A DNA stretch of 64,000 bases from Octopus sinensis (taxonomy: Eukaryota): assembly GCF_006345805.1 (NCBI RefSeq), contig NC_043008.1, positions 23,374,001-23,438,000 of the forward strand, written 5' to 3'. This document shows positions 47,881 to 61,747 of this stretch, in pieces. The translations under genes and the position numbers were made by a program. The notes under the pieces are model-generated. The model ran no database searches, was not told the DNA's origin, and was given only the letters and a program-made list of their open reading frames with translations. How positions within the stretch are numbered: position 1 is the first letter of the stretch; each line of letters starts with the position of its first letter.

Positions 47881-49455
47881 TCCACTAGTCCGGATGCTAG
47901 TCATCAAATTTGATTTCGATTTAACACCTGATGAAATTGTATTGTTTAAAAACTCTTGGGATTCAATATATTTTCCATGGCCAGGTCTGATGAAAAATGA
48001 TGCTTTTAACTTCTGTTATTAGGGGATAAGTAGCGTTTAAAATACTATCCTATTGTATGTATAACAAGTAGTCTGTTATTGGTTGGTGTACTAATTTTGT
48101 GGAGATTACTTTTGTATTGTTATTAATATGATTTTAACTCATCTCAGTATATATAGGATGATATTTGGCTTGTAGTTAAAGATTATTTAGTATGTAGGCT
48201 TATTTACAGGTTTTCATTTTGTTCAATTTACAGGTTTTCATTTTGTTCAACATCTCATCAGAATGTTATATTTCTCTACTAAACATAGCAGGTATCATTT
48301 TAATCTGTTGTGTTTGGAATCAATGTTATAAAATTTGATGTATTGCAACCTGATTAACAAAATCAGGATAAAATATTTGAAACCTTTCATTTATTTTCTC
48401 TTTAAGATATTTAGCTTTAGCTAAAATTATAGACTCAGATATAGCTACATTAAAAATCACTCTGACAATATTTTTACATTTTGATTTATTGTTAGGCTCA
48501 AAACATTCAGTCATATCTTGATATTTTTTATGTTATATAAAGCTGATAATTAGATGTTATATTCTGTTGTTAAGATACTTCTGTCTCATTCTATTTTGTT
48601 AATCATATCTAGTTTTTCACTGAATTTTTAAAGTTGCTCTCTCTAATTATTCTTAGTAGCTTAGGCATTGAAGTAAATAAAACATGAGTATTTGATGTAC
48701 AGCACTTTGTCTTTCACATGTAGACTGTATTGATGTGGACATTAATAAACTAGTGCATTGGCAGAAATTTTCATTACAGCATGACAATTTTCAAAAATGT
48801 TATTAGTTTAGTGTTTTCCATTATCTAGACAGCTTAAATGTATTAGGGATGTTTGGAAATATATTAATCAGAGTTAGAAGGAGAGTAGAAGTCCTGGGTG
48901 CTGAAGTATGTAATAAAGCAAATAATGTTGCATAATGGTGACACACAGTTACTGAATGTTGGAGAGAATGAGTTGGTTAAAATTTGTTGGATTTAACCTT
49001 AACTTTCATAAAATGAGTAGAACTGCATGATGAGCTGAGAGATTTGATAACCATTGAATGATTCAACATGGTGGAGTAACTGTATAATTATGAGTATGTA
49101 TGTCACACAAAGAGATGGTGAACATCAGACATAGGAAGAAATAGTGAAGTTAAATTTCAGCATCTTGGATCACTGAGACATGATGATGTATAATTGAGAC
49201 AATTGGTTATATGATATTTGGCACACCTATTTTACCTTGTGTGAAAAAGTGACCATTAAAACTAAAATGGTAATGATGTACATAGATTCATGTGTCATCC
49301 TCTACAACAAGATGTTATTGTCATGGTTGAAATACCTTTCTAAATGCTGTACCAAAATTCTGCTACCTGGGAAACATCCTGTCAAACAAGAGAGTCCAAT
49401 GATGATGATGATGACAACGACGATGACGATGACAATAGTAATAATAATATACATA

Positions 49456-49654
49456 CATAAAAAGCACCTGTGCCAGTACTGCATAAAAGCACCCAATGCA
49501 CTCTGTAAAGTGGTTGGTATTAGGAAGTATATCTAGCCATAGAAACCATGCCGAAACAGACATGAAGCCTGAACAGCTCTTCAGCCAGTCAGCACCAGTC
49601 AAACCGTCCAACCCATGCCAGCATGAAAAATAGTCGTTAAATGATGATGATGAT
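49456..49654 (+). mobile_element. RTE 3'UTR short copy
   Basis: aaagcacccaatgcactc..ccaacccatgccagcatg..gttaaat(gat)n. Confidence 0.8.
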
Positions 49655-49659
49655 ACATA

Positions 49660-50722
49660 TATGTCCCCCAAATGATTCTGTAAACTACGAAACAAATGGT
49701 AGTCTGAAGGAGCAAGGTCAGGAGAATAAGGTGGATGAGGAATTTTTTCCCAACCAAGCTCTTTGATCTTCTGTGATGTGATCTTTGCAGTGTGGGTTCG
49801 TGCATTGTCCTGATGAAACATCACTCCTTTCCTATTCACTAAAGCGGGTCTTTTTTTTCTTCAAAGCTTGGTTCAAATGCTCTAATTGCTGATAGTAGAC
49901 TTGAGCATTGATTGTTGCATTAAGTGGTAACAATTCAAAGTGAATTACTCCTTTGCAATCCCACTAGATAGAGAGAAGAACCTTTTTTTCATGAAGTTCC
50001 CTTCTTGGTTGTGGATGAGCTTTTTCCCTTCTACCAAGCCACTGTTTATGACATTTAACATGTCGATAGATCCATTTTTCATCACCAGTCACAAGTCTAT
50101 CCAAAAAGGGTGAAATGAGTTTGCAAGAATGGAGAGAAGAGTAGCTATCAATGCAGGATTTGTGATTGCTTTCAGACGATTCATGAGGCACCCATTTTCA
50201 AAGTTTAGGAAGCTTTCCAAGTTGTTGAAGATGATGATGAACAGTTGTATGGTTTGAACTAAGCTTTATTGCCAATTGTTCAACTGATAATGCAGGATTT
50301 TCTTCAAGTAATGCCTCAAAGAGCTTATCATCAAACTCAACTAGATGTCCTGTTCGATCTTCATCTTCAAGGCTGAAATCTCCACTTCTGAATTTTGCAA
50401 ACCATCTTCTGCAAGTTCTTTCATTCAAGCATTCTTTCCTATAAACTGAGTGTATGTTTCAAGTCACTTCGGCTGCAGAGTTTCCTTTTTTGTACTCATA
50501 AAGTGGTATGTGCCTCAAATGCTCTTTGGATACTTCCATGTTAGAAAGGGTTTTAATCAAAGAAATTTAAATTCTGTTATTCTGTAAAATAATATTTAAT
50601 TAGTTTAAATGTACACAAATGCATAAGAATAATTTTTAATTCCATTAGACATTCTAAAATACTATTAAATTTCATTCAATTTTAAAAAAGGTAAAATCGG
50701 ACAGAACTTATAGGAAGATTGA
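49660..50722 (-). mobile_element. mariner (Mos1/Hsmar-like) element, 3'-truncated and decayed
   Basis: CRRWFAKFRSGDFSLEDEDRTG, LVTGDEKWI, FHQDNARTH and HPPYSPDLAPSDYHLFRSLQNHL; TIR-like cctataagttctgtccga. Confidence 0.9.
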
Positions 50723-50983
50723 TATGTACTTAGACATATTGTATTTATGATGTACAAATCTACATTAACTAATGCACACACTTATATATATGCATATAGA
50801 TTTGTAACTAAAATAAGCACATGTATGCATGCATATCTTTCTGGATATATGTGCACGCATGCATGATTGGTATGCTAACTTGATTGGAGTGAAAAACACT
50901 GCCTTAAATTTATAGTTACTAAAAACTTATTTATCACTGCTTGCTGTAAAAAATTTCTAAAATATTGTATAATTGATTTTCAG

Positions 50984-51100
50984 AAGCAGTACCGGTATGG
51001 TGTGTTGAGTACAAAGTTGTATCATTCGAATTTATCAATCATCCACTATAGTGTATTTTTCCAAATGTGCCGAGCTCATGGCATTGGCTATGACATCAAG
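50984..51100 (+). CDS. Candidate internal coding exon (39 codons, phase 0-0) of an unidentified host gene
   Basis: Acceptor tgattttcag|AAG and strong donor AAG|gtaaga. Only one frame is open: [39 protein letters not shown]. Confidence 0.65.
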
Positions 51101-51582
51101 GTAAGAGTTTGTCGTGAATTGTAAATATGTAGAAAGTGGTGAGGTGATGGGTGAAGTTCCTAGATGTGATGATAGTGATGTTAATGGTGGATAAATTTGA
51201 TGTCAGTGGATGTGGTGGTGTGATGTTGAGCTCAGTAGGACTAACATTTGTATGGATATGATGTTGGAGTTGTTGGGTTTGGTCAATAAATAAAATATTA
51301 ATGGAGTGAACTCTTTGGATATATTTTTTCTGGAATTGAAGAGATGACTTAATCTTGTAAGTTTCACCATTGTTGATGTTTTCCTTGTGATATATATTAT
51401 AAGATGGCTAAGATGACAGAGTATTGCTCAAATGGTCACTATATAAACCAAGACACTTTCTAATATGACCACCCTGTTGGGAAAGTTATTATATTTTCAT
51501 CTGAATAGTATTCTTTAAAAATGAATAATCTTTAATATTTATCGTCATCAAAATCATTGTCACCCCCTCTAGCTCCATAACC

Positions 51583-51624
<42 letters not shown>

Positions 51625-51736
51625 TGTGTGTGCGTGTGTGCATGTTTGTATAACTGATCATATTTAAGCTACTTTAGTGTACCCTTGGTTCTAATGACTG
51701 TAACCAATGACTGATTTTAGGCAATGGCTAGTGACT

Positions 51737-52346
51737 GAGACCATTGGAAATATACTGTGCTTGAGAAGACCCGGCAAGCCAAGTGTAACTAACCCACTTA
51801 TGTGTACCTTTCCTTCATTGGACACTAAACTCTGCTTGTGAAGACCTGTTGAGGCAAGGGAAATCGAAATTGAAATCAAATTTGATGACAGCACTGCATG
51901 ACTGGCATCCATGCTAGTGGAGCTCTATGAGCACCATCCAAGCATGATCACTGCCAGGGCCACTGACTGGCTCCCATGCTAGTGGTATGTAAAAAGCACC
52001 ATTTGAGCGTGATCGTTACCAGCGTCGCTTTACTGGCATGTGAAAAACAATATTCGAACGAGGTCGTTGCCAGTGCTGCTGGACTGGCTCCTGTGCAGGT
52101 AGCACATAAAAAACACTGTTTGAGTGTGGCCATTGCCAGTACTGCCTGACTGGCCCATGTGCCGGTGGCACGTCAAAGCACACACTACACTCTCAGAGTG
52201 GTTGGCGTTAGGAAGGGCATCAAGCTGTAGAAACTCTGCCAGATCAGATTGCAGCCTGGTGCAGCCATCAGGCTCGCCAGTCCTCAGTCAAATTGTCCAA
52301 CCCATGCCAGCATGGAAAGCGGACGTTAAATGATGATGATGATGAT
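51737..52346 (+). mobile_element. RTE 3'UTR copy with subrepeats and (GAT)n tail
   Basis: Homologous to 5951-6530 and 35740-35977. Confidence 0.85.
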
Positions 52347-52899
52347 AATTTATTCAATTTGCTTCTATCTTTAAGTGATATCTTTATGATAATTGCTTCA
52401 CTCTCCTTAGTTATGGCCTTTATAATACTTTATAATTTGTTATAATCCTATAAATTCTTTCAACGTTTATTAACATTGCTGGTCTTTATAGTTATTTATA
52501 ATTCTTATAAGTTCTTTTAACATTTTCTTAAAACTCTTCACAATTCTATATTATTATAGTGGTGATCTAATTTATCAATAATTATGTGACAATACTGGTT
52601 GATAGAAATGTTGAAATTCATGGTTTTCATTTTTCTTTTTAAAGTTGTTTTTCCTTCTCTATTAATCCTAGTCTTTCAACTTGTAACTTCATTATAGCTA
52701 TATGACTGATCTCTCTAAATTTTGATATTTAACTAACATAAATTTAAATATTTGTATCTTTGTGGTGACATTGATTATTGCCTAAATTACTTTCATTAGT
52801 CTAGTATACACCTTTATTTATTTGTTTATGACAATGTCATCTTCCTGTCAACTGTGTTGTCTCCTTTCTCTATTACAACTATCGTATTTTGTTTCTGTT

Positions 52900-53885
52900 T
52901 AAGTATTTATAGGTTATGATCGCTGGCACTTTAATTATGGATATTTCTATTTATTAATTATTTTACTTATTTTTCTTTTCTCTACTTCTTTTCCCTCCCA
53001 ATTCTCTGAAATTTTGCTGTGACCTTCACTTTTCTCTGGATTTTTTCTCAAATTATTTTTTATGAATTAGCCAGATCTACCTTAGTATTCTATTAGTTCT
53101 TCAATAAGCAGTCAGAGCATTTAATTAAGAGGAACTAAGTAAATGAATAAGTAATGTTGAAATTTATTAACCATATTATTTCTTGGATGTACTAAACAAC
53201 ATAAAGTAAATGGCTTTTTAGAATAATGTTGGTTAACTGTCTTCAAATATGTTTTGATGAGGTCAAATGTTATGCTTGATGCTTGCTATCTGCTCGTACA
53301 TAAACTTGTTTTGCCAGTATCATCCTTTATGAGTGAGGTTGTGAAGTATAATGACATCTTTAGAATAGATGCCTTTTAATTACTCTATAATTTAGATCTT
53401 TATTCTGCTATCTATTTATGTGATTAACATATTGTAGTCCCACCCATTTCACATTTCTTAAGTGTTGGTAATTCTGATTTAGAAATTTTACTTAATCTGT
53501 TGAGTAATCAGCATATTACCACTTACTTGTATATTTGGTGAACCTGATGAGTTGAGAGTTTCATAACAATACATATTCTTATGGATGTTGTGCTGACTAC
53601 ATAACTGAGTGTAGTATGTTTATGTTGTAATAAAGACTCTTAAGGAAACATTTGTATCAGTACCAGATAACCCACTCATCTGTTTTATGCTTATACTTAA
53701 TGTTCTATCCATCTTTGGATACTTTTGAGTGCTATTGGAGGTGTGGATTACCAAGCAAGTGAACATATCTTCATTAATGCATTCCATTCTATATTAATGA
53801 ATTACTTAACTGCCTGCTTTGCTTCATTCTGGCTGGCCATTAATTGTGGTGTGCTTTATTTTGATATGCCTTGATCCTCAATAGA
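52900..53885 (-). mobile_element. Very old L1/Tx1-like RT relic
   Basis: Frameshifted traces resembling GRSIEDQ, IQRWI and YADY(D) in RT order on the minus strand; weak. Confidence 0.4.
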
Positions 53886-54571
53886 CCCCCACTTTAATCA
53901 AATATGTATGTATTTATGTGCACATTTGTGTGTGTGTACTTGAGTCTCCTTGCCTTGACATCAAGTGATAGCTAAACATGAGTATCACTGACCTGTAAAT
54001 AATGTACATTTCCAATCTTCCATAAAAACAGGTTTGGTCATGGGGAAATATTGCCTTATTTGCTAATCACACTTGTTGTACCACAAGTGTGACTGGCTGA
54101 TAGAAAATATGCAGGTATAACAGTTGATTGTGCATGTGCTGTCAGTATTCTATGCTCACATGATTCACGACTCCAATATTGCAATCCACATGTTTGCATG
54201 TCTCTTGCTGTCATTAACTTCATCGGTACATGTTCCCGCATGACCTTGCCCTTCACCAGACAACCATTCTCATCTTGCAAGGTGGCTGGGCTTTATAAGG
54301 CATGGTTGTTTTCATGGCAGTTTGTTCCAACAGAACTGTCTTCTCAATGGTTATCAATTTATGGAGTTTTATCTATAGACAAAACAATGCTAATGTGCAC
54401 TTTGGATTCTTCCATAGTTAATAGTGAGAGGTAAGCTTTATTGTTAATTAGTGCACCCAAAAGCTAGCTACACTAAGACATATATGCACACCCATAATAT
54501 AAGATAAATGTGAAACAAATATACAATGTAGTTATCTTAAATTGGTTTACTGAATTTTATTTTTTTATATA

Positions 54572-55290
54572 ATGCCTCCAAAAAAGAAAGTGAGATATGA
54601 TGAATCTTATTTAAAATTCGGTTTTACTGTGATAAAGTCTGATGGAAAAGAAAACCACAGTGTGTCTGAGGTTTTGGCATCTACTTCACTAAAGCCCATC
54701 AAGTTAAAGAGGCACTTTGAAATGAAACATCCTAGTTCAATATATAAAGATGCTGACTTCTTCAGACATGAAGCCGACAGATTGACAAAATCCAGACTTG
54801 ATGATACAGGAATGTTTTACTAGATATTACAGCTGGTATGAAAGCATCCTGTGAGATTTCAAAGAAAATAACTGTTGCCAAAAAACCTCACAATATTGGC
54901 AAAGAATCTATATAGCCTTGCTGCAAAGGTATCATATCCAATGTGCTAGGAAGTTCTGAACTTCAGAAGCCAAAGCATGTCTCTCTCAAATGATACTATT
55001 AGCAGGTGAATATCTGAGCTTATAACATTCTGTCACAGTTGATCTTTAAGATTCACAATTCACTTTTGAACTTTTTCCCAATCCAGCTTCATGAAACAAC
55101 AGCTGTTGCCAACTTAGCCCAACTTTGCATCTATGTATGTTATGTACATAACAATCACCTGGAGGATGAATTTCTGTTTTGCAAAACTCTCAGCACTGAA
55201 ACAACTACAAAGGAAATATTGAACATAGTGGACAAGTTTTTTGAGGCACATGATATCAACTGGGAGCATATCATTGGCATGTGCCACAAT
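54572..55290 (+). pseudogene. hAT Charlie/Buster-type transposase 5' fragment
   Basis: RYDESYLKFGF, LKPIKLKRHFEMKH, KKPHNIG, SNDTISR, IQLHETT..AQLCIYVCYV..EDEFLFC. Confidence 0.88.
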
Positions 55291-55329
55291 AAATATAGGT
55301 ATAAATTTAAACTTGTAATCTGAGTAGAG

Positions 55330-56496
55330 TATCTGTAAATTTCTCAATAGGTCAGTGTAGGTGTTTTCTTTTTCACTGATCTTTCACTTTATGTTGACAT
55401 TTGTACTCTTTCTTTCATCCAAACTTGGTCTATGGATGCATTTCAACATAAGTTTTAAACCTGTTGCGAAAGAGATACAATGTGACATTTAACAGCTGTC
55501 TGAATCAATGTAAAACTTCTACTTCCCTGTTTTTGCCATGTGAGTGGTTCTGTTTGGAGGGATCTGTTTTATTTCTGCCAGAGCTAACAATTTTGGTCTG
55601 CTAATATCCCCATTATCAACCTGTTGAGTAGGAGGTCAGCTTCTTGTATCTAACAATTAAGTTTTTCCTGGCAGCTTTCCACCATAAAGTTTTCAAATTA
55701 CAGCAAGTATTGATGCTGTCTTGGGTGTAAGTCAGGGACAATGTCTTTGGATTTCCTCCAGATACAGAGCATCCTTGCTCAAGATTTTTCTACTGAAGGA
55801 ATCTGTATCTTGTCAGAAGGAGTCTCTATGATATTTATTGTTTTACTTCTGTCTTCAAAAACTGCTGCTTATTTTTAGTTAAATTTGATGTTAATTATTT
55901 TTCTTTCAGTTACTATCTTCTGATGTTGGAGTTTTTCATTGACAGCTTTTAGTTCCTGTTTTAGGGCAGTGAATTTGTAATCAAGATTTCTTTTTATACT
56001 GTTTCTATCTTCTTCACATTTTGTTGACGAGGCATGTAGTGATTTGCTTGTTTGCATGCAATAACCATTCAAACATGACCGATTATCTTCCATAAAATAG
56101 CAATCTTTCTCTCAGTTTTCAAAACCTATGATAATACTTTTTCCATTGTTTTGGTTTTGTCTACTTCCTGAGTACCTTTCATGTATGGGTGACAAGTGGT
56201 TGACTAGGCATATAAACAGATATTAATTTGTTAGTATGAGGGTTGTAAATATTCTCCAATTTCATCAGTTGTTCTTAATACTATCTCTGTTGGTCTTTTG
56301 CTTACTTTTGTTTACTTTTTTAGAATAATCTCTTCAAGAGAATATTCTAAAGCTAAAATTATTTTCTCTTGAAATTTTCTAATAAAGGCATATTTCATTA
56401 ATATATATTCCTGATTAACCACTGCAATGTAATAAGCAGGAATATATTAATGTTGTACCTACTAGTTATTATAGTAGTAGTAGTAGTAGTAGCAGT

Positions 56497-56532
<36 letters not shown>

Positions 56533-56830
56533 TGTCTTTGCTTACAATATGGACTGGCTGATAGAGGGTATAGCTGTAGGAATGTTGTTAACTGTGAAAG
56601 CATGTGGTATTCTTGCATCATTCTTCCTTTTGTCTGCACTGTTTGAAATAAAGTGGATTTCATCTCTTCTTGGGATAAAGTTACATTCAATAACTTTCTC
56701 CCTCTGTTCAACAAATGTTACTTGCTGTCACAATTGTGTTGTTGAAAATAATTTAGCTCTGGGTACAGATCATCCTTGTATGTTTAATCTATTCGTATAC
56801 CTAACAGTAGGATTTTCCTTTACCCATTTT
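55330..56830 (-). mobile_element. Decayed RLE-type LINE N-terminal relic
   Basis: Frameshifted fragments (NPTVRYTNRL..DLYPELNYF; RKIINIKFN; IPPNRTTHMAK) resemble RLE-LINE ORF starts; weak. Confidence 0.4.
56468..56530. repeat. (AGT)n(AGC)n trinucleotide tract
   Basis: Directly visible. Confidence 0.95.
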
Positions 56831-56884
56831 CAGCAATTAAATAAGTTATCATAACTAAAAAAAAGGCATTTCATACTATTCTAT

Positions 56885-57190
56885 ATTTTTGAGGTGGTGA
56901 GGAATTATGTACATTATTTACAATGGACAGATAGATGTCCTCACCTTGTTTGTTGTTATCACAACGTTTCAGCTGATGTACTCTCCAGCTTTCATCAGGG
57001 TGTTCTGGTGGGATTTCGAACCCAACCCTTTATTTGACTAATGGGGTACACTGTTCTCATTCCTAAGGTATGTTGCTGGTGTTATTTTTCTGTTGATATT
57101 ATTTTTCAAGTCCCTGCCTGGGATTGAACTTAGAACCCAAGGGTTAGTAGCCCATGCACTTATCCACTACATTTTAAAATTATATGCCCA
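56885..57190 (-). mobile_element. tRNA-headed SINE-like element with hammerhead-like 3' part
   Basis: Minus strand: A-box-like gtagtggataag (57170-57159), B-box gttcaatcc (57129-57121), then caccCTGATGAaagctg..cagctGAAAcgttgtg (57003-56959). Confidence 0.6.
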
Positions 57191-57282
57191 GAGCATATAA
57201 CATAGATAAGAGCATTGGCTACTAACCCTTGGATTCTTAGTTCACAGAAAATTAACAGCAGCAACATACCTTAGGAATGACA

Positions 57283-60200
57283 TCCACTCCAGTATGGCAG
57301 TATAGTTAGTTAGACAAGTAAAGACACGACTATCTATGACCGACTTCTCGATGTCACAGTATTTGTAACAACTATCACATACCACTCGTTGCATGGGAGT
57401 TCCATTATTATTATTATCCCCATAACATCACCCCTTTTTATGTTTTAATTTTTCTTAGGAAGTGTAATTTTCTTTCTATTACCAATAATTTTTTACATCA
57501 CTCCACCTCTTTTTTCGAAATTTTTTTTCATACTGTTACAAATTTAATATTTTTTTTCATTTGGCATCCACTTCCAGGAACTCTGTACATTTTCTTTTTT
57601 CTTTGCTTGTGTAACTGGGTTCAATTATTTGTAGCAGTGTTGGTACTTAAAAAGTATCATATAGCCATTCCATTGGTTCTTCCATTCTTTCAGGTTCGCT
57701 CTCAACAAATCTTTTTTTTAGTTGATTCATGTGTTTCTTGTATATCCATTTTCTTTCTTGTACCAAGTATAACATTTTTCCTATGCTTTTGATAATCACA
57801 CCATCTTCCCAACTTTGTTTTCCGTTCTTATATGCCCTAACAAATAAACTTTCACTAATTTTGAAATATCTTCCTGTATTATCCCTTACAATTTTCCTAT
57901 ACTTATGAGTTAGCAATTTGTCGAAGACTGATTTTATTTTCTTTGCAAGCATCAGCTCTGCTGGTGACATACCTGCTGGTGACATACCTGCTGGTGTATT
58001 TGGATTTAGTGTCACCCAGTATACTCTTAGGAATCGTTGTAGAGCTACCTCATCTGTGACTTCCTTATTTGATTTTCTTAAGGCTCTTTTGAACGTATTG
58101 ACTAAGTGTTTTACTTTTTTGTTAGATCTGGGGTGATATGGCACAGTAGTTACATGTTCTACAGTGAATGTTTTACAGAACTTTTTAAACTCAAAAGACA
58201 CAAATTGCATTCCAAATCTCACAAACAGCTCATGTAGGAAGTTTATCATAGCTGAGAAGGTTGGCTTTTTACATATACAAATTTCTGGCCATTTAATGAA
58301 ACTATCTGCTTGCACTAAGTAGCATGAATTGTTTAAGGGACTAGTGAAATCAATGTGGCCAAGGTTCACTTTTTATCATCAGTAATTTTGCTGCTGGGGC
58401 ACATCCTCTACAGCCTTTCACTAAATTTTCGATTTTCTATCCATTTTTGGCCAGTACACATAGCTACGCATTAAAGCTTTCATCCTCAAAATACCAGGAT
58501 GTCCATCATGGAATTCACTCAGAATTTTTCTTTTGCAGTGTTTCAAGTATTACTACTTTCTGTGTATACATCAGTACACCATCAAAAATTGAGTTTAGGT
58601 TCACATGATGGTTTCATTTTGCACCAATCCTGTTCCTATTTACTTTTCCTGTCCACAGTATTCCTTTCATTTCTGTTATGAATTTGTCCTTTATCACATT
58701 TTGTTTTATGTCTTCAAGGGTCATCGATGATTTGCATATCACATTCCTCATTGCATTTTTTATTTCTCTTTCTGATCTTAATGCTGTGATTACCATATCT
58801 TTGAATGGCTCACAGTATTTCAGTATTAGTCTGGACAAACCATCTGCACACCCTAGTTTTTTTGACAGTAAATATTCTATTTTATAATCAGAATTCAATA
58901 ATGTAGTGTCCCATTGCTGTAGTCTATTCACTGTGTGTTGGTATTCCTCTTTTAGAACTGAAATCGACAGTAGCAGGCAATGATCCATTTGTAGATGGAA
59001 ACCTCTTCTATGAATAAATCTATGCATTTTTTTCACACTGAATATGATTGCTAATACTTCCCTTTCTATCTGGATATAGTTCCTTTCTTATGATAATAAC
59101 TATCGTGATGCATGGGCTATAGCCTTTTCATTCCCATCATCATATTTGTGCAGAAGCAGTGCTTCTACACCATAATAATTCGCATCTGTAGCCAATAAAA
59201 TATTTGGCTTTGGATCAAAATGCATTAACGATAAGTTTGATGTTAAAATGTTTTTTAATTCATCAAATACCTTCTGACACTTATCACTCCAGCACCATTT
59301 TGCATTTCTCTTTAACAAATCATTTGGTGGGGCTCTTACATTATGTATATTAGGAATATAAACTTGATAGTAATTTACTAATCCCAAAAAGGATTGTAGC
59401 ATAGTTACATTATTCAGCGTGGGCATATTTCTTATCACAATTGTTTCCATCTGTTTTTATCTATTATCTGGCCCAAGTATTCAATTTTTTAGAAAGAATT
59501 CACATTTTTCCTCATTTTATTTTAAACCATATTCTCTTATTTTAAATACTCTTTTTATGTGCTCTATATGTTTTTTGTGTGATTTGCTTTTTATTAGGAT
59601 ATCGTCTAAATAGGCAATAGCAAAATCACTGTCTGCTAGCATTGTATCCATTATTTGTTGAAATATAGACGGGGCCACTTTTACACCAAAGGGAAACCAC
59701 TTAAATTTAAATAAGCCACAGCATGTATTAATGGCTAATAAGTGTAAGCCTTCTTCTTCTACTTGAATTTGTAAATATACCTCCAAAAGATCTAATTTTG
59801 TGAAGAATTTCCCTCCATTCGCTTTAGCAAATGCTTCCTCAGGACTCGGTAATGGGTAGTTATGTAACATTAAGCAATTGTTTAACCCTGTTGAAAAATC
59901 TGCACAAACCCTTGATTTACTATTTTTCTTTTTTACGTAGACTGTAGGTGCTGCCCAATCTCAATAGTTCTTCTTCTCGATTATTCCTAGGCTTTCAAGT
60001 CTTTCAAGTTCCTTATTTACCTGTTCTAGTGTCACACTAGTGCCACAAATGGTACATTATGTCTTGGCTTAAATACCAGTATTGCACTTTGTGTTACTAC
60101 AATTTTTGCCTTCGTTTTGTGCAGCAGCCCAGGTCATCAGAGAAAGCATCTGGAAATAAATGTTCTATTTTTGTTTCAGTCCCTCAGCCACATTTGAAAC

Positions 60201-61716
60201 TTCAACTGAACTGACTATATTCACACACAAAAACACTTATGGGCATATTCCACAATTTGAACAGTTCCATCCACCCCGTGTTAAATAGATCAACTGAATT
60301 TTTTTGCCATTTTCATTTGGTCACAAAATGTCACATTACACACAAATTCACCTACAAAATACAATCTTTTACTCATAACACTGTGTGTTACTTTTGTAGA
60401 TTTACTTAATTTTGGCTTACCAATATACTTCCAAGTTTCTCCATTCACAATATTAATATCACTTCCAGTACTAACTGCATTTTTACTCTTATACTTTAAT
60501 TTTCACATTTACGAATTTCCTCTTTATCATATTACCATTTTCTTTCAATGACATCTTGCTTATTCCTCTTTCTTTGTTCCAACGTTTTGTTATTTTGGTT
60601 TTACAGTGCGCTTTTATGTGTCCAATTTTTCCACAGACCTCCACATGCAAAACATGGGTTTATTTCCTGGATTTTGTCCTGTTTGTACTGTATTTTAGTT
60701 GACATTTGATTTCTATTCTCCCTGTTTTGTACTTGCTTTGCTTGGGAGCAATCTTTGTGTTCAATTTTCTCTGATTTGTGTCTTAAATTTACTATTCTTT
60801 CACACTCTTCTGATACTTGTAAGGTTACAGCTTGGTTTTTTCCCAGCTTAGCAAGAATTCTCATTCTTATCTCTGTGTCTGTCTCTGCAGTTACTCCCTG
60901 AGTAAATAACAGGTACTTGAACATGCCTGGCGTTAACTCATCCAGTTTGAACTTTTCACATTCTCTGTTAACTCTACCAGCATGTGTGATGTAGTCCTCA
61001 TTGTTCTTTTCTAGGTTCAGACATTTCTAGTGTGTATTGAACAACAAGCTTTTCTTGCTAAAAATTTTACACAATATTTTTAAAGTTTATATCAGATGGT
61101 TTGTCTGAGAGTACGTAATTGCTGTAATGCTCATGTTCTCATGCTGCCAGTTTTCTTAGGATTAGACATATTTTCATATCATCTTTGCACTCTTTATTGA
61201 AAATCTGTTTGGATCTTCTATAGTATGCCTTGAAGGTAACTCCTTTGTCTGGTTCATACATAAATTCCATTATTGAGTTTGCAATATAATCTGGCAACAG
61301 CATCTTTTCAGTATTTTTGGATGACTTGCTCTTCATTAATTGTTGCATTTGTTGCTGTAATAGTAATTGTTGTTGTTGTTGTTCTTGCAGTTGTTGTTGC
61401 TATTTTTGCAACTTGAGCAAACTGGCCAACAAATCTTCCATGATTTTACGATTTTGCATACAATAAAATTTGCACAAAAAACTTTTGTGATTTCATTTAA
61501 TTCTTGTACATTTGTTAATTCCCTGTGAGTTTGTTAATTCCTCAACACCACTGTTGTAATCCAATGTCAGACTGTTATAACGCACACTCCAGTATAGCAG
61601 TATAGTTAGTTAGACAAGTAAAGACACGAGTATCTATGACCAACTTCCTCAACTTCTCAACGTCACATTATTTGTAACAACTAACACATACCACTCGTCA
61701 TGTGGGAGGGGTGTTC

Positions 61717-61725
<9 letters not shown>
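57283..61725 (-). mobile_element. Ty3/Gypsy (K02A2.6-like) LTR retrotransposon, full length and decayed
   Basis: LTRs at 57283-57427 and 61552-~61725 (TGTTAT..ACAACA), PBS-like gtggtgttgagg and PPT aaaaaggggtga. Domain order is gag, PR, RT (AYLDDILI), RH (LATDANYYG, AIAHASR), INT (GHIDFT, PYHPRSN). Confidence 0.92.

Positions 61726-61747
<22 letters not shown>

Noticed and set aside
49363-50428. SETMAR-like host gene
   Set aside because: No SET domain; the transposase is fragmented, has a TIR, and is fused in silico to an RTE tail.
54056-54434. Short ORFs on both strands
   Set aside because: No recognisable domain or splice signals; the region adjoins a diverged repeat.
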